A stretch of DNA of 64,000 nucleotides from positions 62,001-126,000 of IMG/VR virus record IMGVR_UViG_3300042540_001822; one strand, given 5' to 3'. The notes under the pieces are model-generated. The model saw nothing but the letters and a program-made list of their open reading frames with translations. It searched no databases and had not been told where the DNA came from. The translations under genes and the position numbers were made by a program. Positions 50,196-58,950 of the stretch are shown here, piece by piece. Each line of letters starts with the position of its first letter. Positions within the stretch are counted from its first letter, which is position 1.

Positions 50196-50822
50196 ATGAA
50201 ACATCTGATTCCATTTAGGATCTACGAATCCCAGAAGGCTTCAGGACTTACTCGAAGTCAAGAGGAATTCTTGAACAAATACACCGAAGAAACATGGTCT
50301 GTTAATCCATCGACCGGTCTGGTGGATGTTCAAGGGGATTTTTTTTGTTACGATCGAGGCCTGAAATCCCTGTCAGGCATATCGTTCGGACATGTGAGTG
50401 GGGATTTCTACTGTGGTAAAAACAAATTGGCCTCCCTAGAAGGATCACCCCAGACGGTGGGTGGGGGTTTCTATTGTCAGGGAAACGACCTGACCTCCCT
50501 GGAAGGAGCACCACAAGAAATAAATGGTCGATTTCTTTGTGATGAATTTGAATTAATCAAGGGTAAATGGAACATGCGAGGATGGCTGGAGGTTCTGAAC
50601 ACAGGAACTCCAGAAGACAAAAAATTGATTTCCACCCTTCCGTGGCTCCAACTGGACTGGTGGAACTTGGAACTCCAACGGGATCCAGGGAAAACAGTTC
50701 ATCTGTTGTCCACCATGTGGAATGACATGCCAAAGGACATGCAATCTGCAATCAAGATTCCTAAAGGATATGAAGGTGATTTTGAATTGTTTTCTGGATT
50801 TGACGAGCTGGGGTTGTTTTAA
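50196..50822 (+). CDS. LRR-like variable-module protein 13 (2 modules)
   Basis: Paralogue. Confidence 0.9.
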   Translation: MKHLIPFRIYESQKASGLTRSQEEFLNKYTEETWSVNPSTGLVDVQGDFFCYDRGLKSLSGISFGHVSGDFYCGKNKLASLEGSPQTVGGGFYCQGNDLTSLEGAPQEINGRFLCDEFELIKGKWNMRGWLEVLNTGTPEDKKLISTLPWLQLDWWNLELQRDPGKTVHLLSTMWNDMPKDMQSAIKIPKGYEGDFELFSGFDELGLF

Positions 50823-50836
50823 AGGATATATAAAAA

Positions 50837-51589
50837 ATGAAACATCTGATTCCATTTAGGATCTACGAAGCACAGACTACTTCAGGTCTTACGAAGAGAC
50901 AGGTTAAATTCTTAAACAAATACACAACTGGAGCCTGGTCTGTTAATCCAACGACAGGTTTGGTGGATGTTCAAGGGAATTTTTTTTGTTATTATCAATA
51001 TCTGAAATCCCTGTCAGGCATATCTTTCGGTCATGTAAATGGGAATTTCAACTGTAACACCAACCAACTGACTTCTCTGGAAGGAGCACCAAATACGGTG
51101 AGTGAAAATTTCGTTTGTTTCAACAACCGGCTGACCTCCCTGGAAGGAGCACCTCAGACGGTGGGTAATTATTTCGATTGTTCCCTCAACCAACTCCAGA
51201 CCCTGGAAGGAGCACCTCAAAGAGTGGGTGATAGTTTCGATTGTTCCAGAAACGAACTCCGATCCCTGGTAGGAGCACCTCATACGATAAACGGGGATTT
51301 TCTTTGTGACGAATTCAAATTAGATCCAGGCAAATGGAACATGGAAGGATGGCTGGAGGTTCTGAACACAGGAACTCCACAAGCCAAAAAATTGATTCTC
51401 ACCCTCCCATGGCTCCAACCGGACTGGTGGAACTTGGAACTCCAAAGGGATCCAGGTAAAACAGTTCATCTTTTGGGGTCTGCATGGAACCATATGCCAA
51501 AGGAAATGCAATCTGCAATCAAGATTCCTAAAGGATATGAAGGTGATTTCGAATTGTTTTCTGGATTCGATGAGTTGGGCTTGTTTTAG
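50837..51589 (+). CDS. LRR-like variable-module protein 14 (4 modules)
   Basis: Paralogue. Confidence 0.9.
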   Translation: MKHLIPFRIYEAQTTSGLTKRQVKFLNKYTTGAWSVNPTTGLVDVQGNFFCYYQYLKSLSGISFGHVNGNFNCNTNQLTSLEGAPNTVSENFVCFNNRLTSLEGAPQTVGNYFDCSLNQLQTLEGAPQRVGDSFDCSRNELRSLVGAPHTINGDFLCDEFKLDPGKWNMEGWLEVLNTGTPQAKKLILTLPWLQPDWWNLELQRDPGKTVHLLGSAWNHMPKEMQSAIKIPKGYEGDFELFSGFDELGLF

Positions 51590-51603
51590 AGGATATATAA
51601 ACC

Positions 51604-52335
51604 ATGAAACACATACTACCCTTTAAGATCTACGAATCACAATCAATGTCTTCTAGTTTAACACCACAGCAGGAAACTCTCTTGAATTTTTGTACAAAAA
51701 AAGGAAAATGGAGCGTGAATCCAACAACAGGTTTGGTGGACATTAATGGTGATTTCAAGTTGGCCTCAGATATGTTTATCCAAAATGATCAACTTCACAT
51801 TAAACCAACAAAAAGTTTTTTAGGAATCAGATTTGGAAATGTCGATGGGAAATTTGATTGTGTCGGCAATGAACTCCGATCCTTGGAAGGATCACCGCAG
51901 AAGGTTGGTGGAGAATTTTGGTGTTACAGAAACAATCTACAATCCTTGAAAGGAGGACCACGAACGGTTGGTGGAGGTTATGCATGTCAATTCAACGAAC
52001 TCCAATCCTTGGAAGGAGCACCACTGGAGGTTGGTGGTTTGGGATTTCAGTGTGATGAATTCAAATTAGATAAGGACAGTTGGAACTTACGGGGTTGGAT
52101 AGAGGTTTTAGAAACAGGAACCAAAAAGGCAAAGGATCTGATCAAGACCCTGCCCTATCTCCAACCGGACTGGTGGAACTTGGAACTCCAACGGGAACCT
52201 GGAAAGATCGTTCACCTGCTGGCACAGGCGTGGAAACACATGTCTGAGGACTTCAAATCTAAAATTGAGATTCCCGAGGGATATGAGAATGACTTTGGTT
52301 TCTTTTCTGAATTTGATGAGCTGGGGTTGTTTTGA
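51604..52335 (+). CDS. LRR-like variable-module protein 15 (3 modules)
   Basis: Paralogue; ends SEFDELGLF. Confidence 0.88.
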   Translation: MKHILPFKIYESQSMSSSLTPQQETLLNFCTKKGKWSVNPTTGLVDINGDFKLASDMFIQNDQLHIKPTKSFLGIRFGNVDGKFDCVGNELRSLEGSPQKVGGEFWCYRNNLQSLKGGPRTVGGGYACQFNELQSLEGAPLEVGGLGFQCDEFKLDKDSWNLRGWIEVLETGTKKAKDLIKTLPYLQPDWWNLELQREPGKIVHLLAQAWKHMSEDFKSKIEIPEGYENDFGFFSEFDELGLF

Positions 52336-52346
52336 GATATATATAA

Positions 52347-52745
52347 ATGTTAAAATATAATTTAATATTCATGAAATCTTCCAACCTTTATACAGCTTAC
52401 TTGGATTTTATCAACGAAGCTGCCAAACCAGAAGAAAGTTTTGAGCAATTTTGCAAAAATAGACTGGCAGGAGCCACTAAAATTACAGAAATGGCAAAGA
52501 AAAAAGGAGGTGATGCTCTATTGACTTTCCATCATTTCGAAGTTAAACTTCCAATTTATTCTAAAGCTTCAACAGGTAAATTTAAATTGAGCGAGGCCAC
52601 CACCAAATTAGATTCATTAGTTTCCAAACTAAATCAATCTCTCTCCACCACTGGCGAAATTAAAATGACTCAGGTCCAGTTTCAAAAATTGGTGGGTTTG
52701 ATTGAGGTTTGGGGAGAATTGATAATCAGATTCAAACAAAAATAA
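52347..52745 (+). CDS. Hypothetical protein with ...YLDFINE leader
   Basis: ORF track. Confidence 0.7.
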   Translation: MLKYNLIFMKSSNLYTAYLDFINEAAKPEESFEQFCKNRLAGATKITEMAKKKGGDALLTFHHFEVKLPIYSKASTGKFKLSEATTKLDSLVSKLNQSLSTTGEIKMTQVQFQKLVGLIEVWGELIIRFKQK

Positions 52746-52749
52746 AATC

Positions 52750-53250
52750 ATGGGAAAACACATTCGAGGATTAAATGAATTCGATGATTTTTCGGATCTA
52801 GATTCACTTATAGGGGGATTCGAGGAGCTAGGAATTACCAGCGTTTATGGGTGGGCTTTTCAGTGGGACAGCACGACCGAAGTTCCATTGGTTGAAATTG
52901 TAATTTCTTCTACTGCTAAGGAAGCTCTAGATATTTACTCCAAATATGGTTGGTTTTCGGAAGATGTTAGTTATATGATGGAATCCAGCAAACAAATAAA
53001 AACCATCTCGGACGTTTTCGACAATTTGGTTAAACAAAAAGTTATTTTTAACTCCAAAATCATATATGATCTTCGTCCTAAACAGGATTTGCAAATTAAA
53101 ACTGCTTATATAAAAACTCAAAGGAATAATCCATTTGAAATCACGGAAGTATTAAACACATATTTTACCAACGCGGAGGAAGTTTACAGAAAAACTTTCA
53201 TGCACCGAGGTTCTGCAGGTTTTGCAGGTGGACCTTTGATTAATATTTAA
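52750..53250 (+). CDS. Protein with N-terminal LIGGFEELG motif
   Basis: MGKHIRGLNEFDDFSDLDSLIGGFEELGI. Confidence 0.75.
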   Translation: MGKHIRGLNEFDDFSDLDSLIGGFEELGITSVYGWAFQWDSTTEVPLVEIVISSTAKEALDIYSKYGWFSEDVSYMMESSKQIKTISDVFDNLVKQKVIFNSKIIYDLRPKQDLQIKTAYIKTQRNNPFEITEVLNTYFTNAEEVYRKTFMHRGSAGFAGGPLINI

Positions 53251-53255
53251 AAGAT

Positions 53256-53861
53256 TTAGTTCTTTTTTGCTTTTGCCTTCTTTGCCTGCTGATAAAGACT
53301 CTTATCGTGCATTTTTGTTGTTTTTCCACCGGTGATAAAAGAATTCACTCTTGCGTGTGCCCACTGGTCAGGTGTTGTTCCTGGACGATGTCCAACTTTC
53401 CAGGCCGCCTTTCCGCGTTTAAAAACTTGCTTCAAGATTCCAAGAGGAAATCCACTTTTTTCTGCTTTCTTTTTTAAAGCTTTATGAGCGGGGGAACCAG
53501 GAGAGCTAACTGAACCGGCTGCAGATCCCTCGTCCAGCGAATCCCAATCTTCACCAGATTCTTCTAGTTCAAGAAAAACTTCATATGCAGCTTCTTCAAT
53601 TTCTGATCCGAATTCTTCATATACAATTAAATTAGATTCGTATGAAACCTCTTCGCTTTCACCAAACATTTCCTTGTATTTTTTCGTGTATTTGCTTTTC
53701 TTAGTCTCAACTTTTTTACCTTTACCTGCCTTCCTACTTTTATAATCGGCATCCCAAGGACCATATGCGGAGGAATCTGAGTCCGGCTTGTCCTTATGTT
53801 TTTGGATTTCTCTCTTCATCACTTTTGGATTTTTACTCAGATACTGTTTCGGAATTTTCAT
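53256..53861 (-). CDS. Basic phage protein, DUF5824-like
   Basis: ALKKKAEKSG...RGKAAWKVGHRPGTTPDQWAHARVNSF. Confidence 0.6.
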   Translation of the reverse strand: MKIPKQYLSKNPKVMKREIQKHKDKPDSDSSAYGPWDADYKSRKAGKGKKVETKKSKYTKKYKEMFGESEEVSYESNLIVYEEFGSEIEEAAYEVFLELEESGEDWDSLDEGSAAGSVSSPGSPAHKALKKKAEKSGFPLGILKQVFKRGKAAWKVGHRPGTTPDQWAHARVNSFITGGKTTKMHDKSLYQQAKKAKAKKN

Positions 53862-54303
53862 GAATATTATTATTTTGATTTAATTCTTCAACACAAAAAA
53901 TCTCTTCTGTGTTAAAATTTTGGGGAATACTGGGTTCTTTTTCTTTCATCTTTCTGGCCACAGTTAATTTCTCATAGATTGTTTGAATTTCTTCGTAGGT
54001 AAGGTTGCTTTTCTTCGAGTTGATATCAACTGTACAGGATACGACGTTTCCTTCTATATATCCTTGGTCAGAATCAATCCGATCAAAAGATCTTGAAAAT
54101 TGTCCTTCCTCTTCGAATCTACGCCCTGTGTAATAGCAGGTTGGATGGGAAAGTAATTCTTTAACTGTTTGAAAGCTGAGATCGAAATGCAGACCTCGGT
54201 CCTGTGCGCTCTGAAAGATTTTTAACATCTTTCGGGCAACTTCTAAATCGGTAATGTGGGAGGATCTGTGATGTTTGTGGGTTGGTTTTCTTTTTCCTTT
54301 CAT
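53833..54303 (-). CDS. HNH-like endonuclease-fold protein
   Basis: CYYTG...SFDRIDSDQGYIEGNVVSC...N..K. Confidence 0.65.
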   Translation of the reverse strand: MKGKRKPTHKHHRSSHITDLEVARKMLKIFQSAQDRGLHFDLSFQTVKELLSHPTCYYTGRRFEEEGQFSRSFDRIDSDQGYIEGNVVSCTVDINSKKSNLTYEEIQTIYEKLTVARKMKEKEPSIPQNFNTEEIFCVEELNQNNNIHENSETVSE

Positions 54304-54320
54304 GGTTGAAGTTTGTTCTC

Positions 54321-55538
54321 CTATATATCAGGAAAGAGAACACTTCTGATTCGCGGGATTGATCCCCAGCAAGTTGTATAGGGCGGGGTTAGAAAATCAC
54401 GTCTCATCTGCCAATCTTGGGATGTCGGTTCATTAACCTTCCTAGACTGGATGGTATCACGCCACATTTCGATTTGCTCCTGCCCAGATGTTGTCAAATC
54501 GCCCAAATAAACTCCTCCCTTTCGGTATTTAATTTTGGAATCAAACCCACCAATAAGCAACTGCTGAACAGAAGCCCAAATTTGATCATCATTGTTGGTT
54601 CTGGATAGAAATTTGTGGGAAAAACTTTTGGAATAGTAAAAATTATCTTTGTGTGGGTCGTTTGCAAGAAAAAGAACAACATATCCGGCGGACAAACCTT
54701 CAGATTTCAATTTTGTCACCACACTTTTCGTGTACAGTTCAATGGCCTTTTGCACCTCGTCAAAATTGCGGGTTCCTCTTCCAAATGTACGTGAAGTGGA
54801 AATATTTTTTCTTCGTTTGAATTTTGTCTCTACATCGTGGCATCTCATCCCAAGAAGTTCCTTGTGAGTTCGAAGTCCCACCACGGTCATATTTTTTTTC
54901 ACCCACTCCGGTGACAAAGACATAAAATCATGAACACTAGAGCATCCAACCTGATTCAATTTGATTTCGCTTTGCCTACCTATTCCCCATATATCAGAGA
55001 GAGCAATTTGGCGACCCTGTTTTTGAAAAAATTCACCGGAATCTTTCATGAAATAAATTCCGGAGGAGTCTTTGGCCATTTTGTTGGCCACCTTGGCCAA
55101 AGTCTTGGTGGAAGCTACACCAATAGAAATGGGAATTCCCGTCCAACGTAAAACCTGGGATCTGACGTGGGTTAAAAAATTTTCCATCTCAGAAGGATCC
55201 ACGTGATCTAAATTCATGAATACCTCATCGATAGAATAAATCTCAATGTGTGGTATAAAAGTTCGGATTGCTTCAACCACTCTCTCTGACATGTCTGCAT
55301 ACAAAGTGTAGTTGGAGGACAGAAGAACAACTCCTTCTTTTTGAATAAGATCTCTAATTTTAAAAACCTTCTGTCCCATCTTGATGCCTAATTTTTTGGC
55401 CTCCGGTGATCTAGCAATAGCGCTTCCATCATTGTTGCTGAGAACCAATACAGGTTTTCCTCTCAAAGAAGGATTAAAGACTCTTTCACAGGAAACGTAA
55501 AAGTTATTACAGTCCGCAAGTCCAATCCAACGGGTCAT
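54321..55538 (-). CDS. umuC: Y-family DNA polymerase V subunit
   Basis: DCNNFYVSCE, LSNNDG, SSNYTLY, YSIDE, TKTLAKVAN, WQMRR..LTPPYTT.W. Confidence 0.92.
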   Translation of the reverse strand: MTRWIGLADCNNFYVSCERVFNPSLRGKPVLVLSNNDGSAIARSPEAKKLGIKMGQKVFKIRDLIQKEGVVLLSSNYTLYADMSERVVEAIRTFIPHIEIYSIDEVFMNLDHVDPSEMENFLTHVRSQVLRWTGIPISIGVASTKTLAKVANKMAKDSSGIYFMKDSGEFFQKQGRQIALSDIWGIGRQSEIKLNQVGCSSVHDFMSLSPEWVKKNMTVVGLRTHKELLGMRCHDVETKFKRRKNISTSRTFGRGTRNFDEVQKAIELYTKSVVTKLKSEGLSAGYVVLFLANDPHKDNFYYSKSFSHKFLSRTNNDDQIWASVQQLLIGGFDSKIKYRKGGVYLGDLTTSGQEQIEMWRDTIQSRKVNEPTSQDWQMRRDFLTPPYTTCWGSIPRIRSVLFPDI

Positions 55539-55849
55539 GTTCTTTTAGTTCTTGTGATTACACCCCAATGTTCTTCTGGATTTCCCTCTCCAAATCGGTA
55601 TAAAACAAAGTGTCCCAATTCTGTTACCCCCACGCACATCTGACCTTCTTTTGGTTCTACCTTTCTATTCACCTCTATAATGTCTCCAGTTGTGAACTGG
55701 CCATAGCTAATTCCTCCGCCAACCCTAAAGAAGAAGGTGAAGTAAGGGTCTGGACCTAGAGGATAGAAATAGAGCCTATCTTGAACGTAATCTGTTGCGG
55801 GAGAAGAAAATCCAGTAGTTTTGGTTTTAACTTGGGCGAAAGATTCCAT
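55535..55849 (-). CDS. Degenerate UmuD-like protein
   Basis: GFSSPATDY and GDIIEVNR; coupled to umuC; catalytic Ser/Lys motifs not evident. Confidence 0.7.
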   Translation of the reverse strand: MESFAQVKTKTTGFSSPATDYVQDRLYFYPLGPDPYFTFFFRVGGGISYGQFTTGDIIEVNRKVEPKEGQMCVGVTELGHFVLYRFGEGNPEEHWGVITRTKRT

Positions 55850-55972
55850 CTGGTACAGAACAGCCTCAAATATAATATATACTCCTTGTTATCCATAATA
55901 TTTTTCACTTTTAGCTTTGATATATAAAAAAATAACTCAAAACCTCCTATTGACTTCCAAAAAATTAAATCT

Positions 55973-57199
55973 ATGCAGAATTTAATCTCCTATTCTTCTT
56001 TTGTTACTCAAAATGGATTGCTAGAATCTGAACAAATCAACGAGGAAATTATCGACCCAAATAAAATTCTGGCCGGACAAATTATAAAATTACCAAACGG
56101 AGAAACACACACGGTTCAGAAGGGAGAAACTCTTTCATCAATAGCTAAAAAATATGGAACTTCAGTTTCAGAGTTAGTGAAATCCAATTCACAATCTAAA
56201 TCAAATAAGCCAGAAAAATCCGATTCTAAAAGTGGTTCGAAGGGTAATTTAGATCCAGATAAAATCTTGGTTGGACAAATTATAAAATTACCGAATGGAA
56301 AAACACACACGGTTCAGAAGGGAGAGACTCTTTCGGGCATAGCTAAAAAATATGGAACCACCGTCCAGGAATTAATGGGCTCAGAATCAAATAAAAAAAG
56401 CGGTGAAAAAATTTCACCCAAATCTTCACCAGGTAATACCTCGTCAATCAAGACTTTTATAAGTTCAAAAGTTGCTCCTGAATTTAAATCTAAAATTGAT
56501 TCTGGAAAAATAGATTCTTCTGCTTCTAAAAAACTTATGCAAGTTAAAACCACAAAATGTGCCGATTTTGTTAACAAATTCACAGACACGGTAAGTTATG
56601 TAGGAGATGCCTGGATGGCTAAGGCTAATGAAGATATTGGTCCGTTTGTTTATAATGTTTTTGACAAATTGACCAAGACAGAACAAGATGATGCCATTAA
56701 AATGTGGCAAGAAATTCACGATCGCTCTCCTCGCTATTCTATAACTGATATTTTTAAAAAAGAAAAAATAAAATGGGAAGATTCTGGACCTCTTGCTGAT
56801 GAAATAAAATCATTTATTCAAAAATTAATTGCCAAAGATCCTTTGAACTCTGGAACTTTGAAATTAGATGATATTGTTGGAATTTATTTTCCTCCTTCCA
56901 GTCATCATGAAGAGGCTTTTTATGAAGGAGGGAAAAATTGGTTTACTGATAAGAATGGAAAGAAAGGGGAAGGAAATATTCCAGGTAAAACAATTAGGAC
57001 TGGTGAAGGATGGGGTATGAACACACACCTTGGCATAGTTGGAGCTATCAAAAACGGTAAACCGATTATTTTCCACAATATTCCTGCAAGCAAAACAGAA
57101 GGGCAAGTTTGGGCAGATCCAGTCGATAAAATTCAGGGTGGAGGCAAGATAGTGTGGGCTAGGAGACCTAAAACAGCAGGCAATCCTTTAGAAATTTAA
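55973..57199 (+). CDS. Double-LysM protein with putative C-terminal peptidase/amidase domain
   Basis: HTVQKGETLS.IAKKYGT.V.EL twice; CADFV...THLGIV suggests a Cys/His pair. Confidence 0.75.
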   Translation: MQNLISYSSFVTQNGLLESEQINEEIIDPNKILAGQIIKLPNGETHTVQKGETLSSIAKKYGTSVSELVKSNSQSKSNKPEKSDSKSGSKGNLDPDKILVGQIIKLPNGKTHTVQKGETLSGIAKKYGTTVQELMGSESNKKSGEKISPKSSPGNTSSIKTFISSKVAPEFKSKIDSGKIDSSASKKLMQVKTTKCADFVNKFTDTVSYVGDAWMAKANEDIGPFVYNVFDKLTKTEQDDAIKMWQEIHDRSPRYSITDIFKKEKIKWEDSGPLADEIKSFIQKLIAKDPLNSGTLKLDDIVGIYFPPSSHHEEAFYEGGKNWFTDKNGKKGEGNIPGKTIRTGEGWGMNTHLGIVGAIKNGKPIIFHNIPASKTEGQVWADPVDKIQGGGKIVWARRPKTAGNPLEI

Positions 57200-57207
57200 A
57201 AATATTT

Positions 57208-58155
57208 ATGCAACACTTGACAAATTTTTCCAGGTTTACTTTTTTACTGGAAAATTCATCTGGAAAAGAAAAAGAAAATTCAGTAAACTCCTCTTACGAG
57301 AAAAGATTCTCTTGTATTCCAAAAAAAGTTTTACCTTTTGTGGTAAGTGTGGCAAAAGATGTGGAAGGTTTCAAACAAAAATTGGGCGTAGATCTTCCAA
57401 ACTTAATTTTATTAACTAAAGCCACGGTTGGAATTATGGGAAGAGAAACACAATTTGGGAATTATTCAGAGATTACTGATATAGCTTCAGAATTTGCCCG
57501 TGAGGAGTTGGATTTAGGGCCTGTTATGGATTGGGGATTAAAAACTTTCTCTACAAAAACAGGTAAAAAAGTAACTCAAAGTTTGGGGATGGGACAAATA
57601 ACTCCAGAATTTTGGTCACGGTACAATTTAGAAAAAAAAATCGGTTTGTATGACGAATCTTTCGATGCTGAAAGTCAAGGACTAGCTGTTTTATATGGTT
57701 TAGCAGACAGATATAAATTGGGTTTACAAAAAGGTCTTAAGAAACAACCTTCCGTTAATCCTGTGTTACAAAAATATGGTTTAATTACTGGAATTAAAGG
57801 CACCGGAAATAATGCTTTAGACTTAGCCATCCTCGGACACAACATGGGAGAAAAAATTATGACTTTGTGGTGCAAAACCGATCATCCTTTGTATGCAGCA
57901 CCCAAAGAAGCAGGCCCAAAGTATAGTCCATTCCAAAACAAGGAAAGTTTTAATCCGAAAGGTAAATTACTTGCTAAGATTCAGGACCCTAGCCTGAAAA
58001 AATTTCCAGGAGAATTAACAGTCAAATTGAATGAGGTTATCCCGAATTTTTTCCCTAATTTGAAGGGCCCAGGTCATACCGCAATAGGTTACGTGGAGAA
58101 AGTTGCCAAGTATATGAAAAAGTTTTCTTGTTTAGACAGTTTAGGCACTAAATAA
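57208..58155 (+). CDS. Putative lysozyme/SLT-fold protein with leader
   Basis: IMGRETQFG...SLGMGQI...HN...YVEKV. Confidence 0.5.
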   Translation: MQHLTNFSRFTFLLENSSGKEKENSVNSSYEKRFSCIPKKVLPFVVSVAKDVEGFKQKLGVDLPNLILLTKATVGIMGRETQFGNYSEITDIASEFAREELDLGPVMDWGLKTFSTKTGKKVTQSLGMGQITPEFWSRYNLEKKIGLYDESFDAESQGLAVLYGLADRYKLGLQKGLKKQPSVNPVLQKYGLITGIKGTGNNALDLAILGHNMGEKIMTLWCKTDHPLYAAPKEAGPKYSPFQNKESFNPKGKLLAKIQDPSLKKFPGELTVKLNEVIPNFFPNLKGPGHTAIGYVEKVAKYMKKFSCLDSLGTK

Positions 58156-58879
58156 AATCTCCAACAATAAAAACTGTAGGAGTAGGAACATTGCCAATTT
58201 TCCTTTGTATATCTCCGATAATTTGATATTCGTAAGTATTTAATCCATCCCTAACTCCAACTTCGATAGAAGCACCGCCGTCAAACATCATAGCGTTAAC
58301 AAGACCTAAATCACGGGCTACATGATAAAATTCTTTTACTGTGCAAGCCGTGAGTCCGATGGTGTGAACCACACAAAAATTACCTTTGGAATCTTTACCC
58401 ACAATTAATCGTGGAAGTTTTTTTCTGGCCCATCTCTGATTGAAAATTCTAGAACAAGGGTTTCCATTAACAATAATCGGAGTATGTGTCTGGGCGGAGT
58501 ATAAAACTTTGTTTGGTCTTCTGCCAAAGTAAAGCCTTGGGTTCTTTCCGTTAGAAGTAAAATAAGCACCACCAGGTCTTTTTTTGGTGTAATTTTTGCC
58601 GTCTATTTTGACCTCCCCGATTGGAGTTCCATTTTTGGTAAAATAGTTTGCATTGATCCAGATATCGTGAGATTCGTGGTTTTTATTGACAACCCCAAAT
58701 TTGGCCGAGTTTTTATTGATCCGGATAAAATTAACATGGCTTCGGGTCAAACCATGATTTCCAATTTTGATTTTTTTAATTTCAACTTTTTGGGTTGTGA
58801 AATCTCGCCCCCAGATGTATTGATAACAGGAAAAAAAAGCTATCAATATCAGAACAAGAAAAAATATTCTGCGTTTCAT
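58148..58879 (-). CDS. Phosphodiester glycosidase (NAGPA) family protein
   Basis: INANYF, PRLIVG, AMMFDGGAS; N-terminal signal. Confidence 0.75.
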   Translation of the reverse strand: MKRRIFFLVLILIAFFSCYQYIWGRDFTTQKVEIKKIKIGNHGLTRSHVNFIRINKNSAKFGVVNKNHESHDIWINANYFTKNGTPIGEVKIDGKNYTKKRPGGAYFTSNGKNPRLYFGRRPNKVLYSAQTHTPIIVNGNPCSRIFNQRWARKKLPRLIVGKDSKGNFCVVHTIGLTACTVKEFYHVARDLGLVNAMMFDGGASIEVGVRDGLNTYEYQIIGDIQRKIGNVPTPTVFIVGDFI

Positions 58880-58915
58880 AAATTTAATTTTAACAAATAT
58901 ACGACAGAAACTCCA

Positions 58916-58947
58916 CAAAAAACCCTCCGAAAAATTGGAGGGTTTTA
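58916..58947 (-). terminator. Intrinsic terminator
   Basis: AAAACCCTCC...GGAGGGTTTT hairpin downstream of the endolysin. Confidence 0.7.
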
Positions 58948-58950
58948 AAA

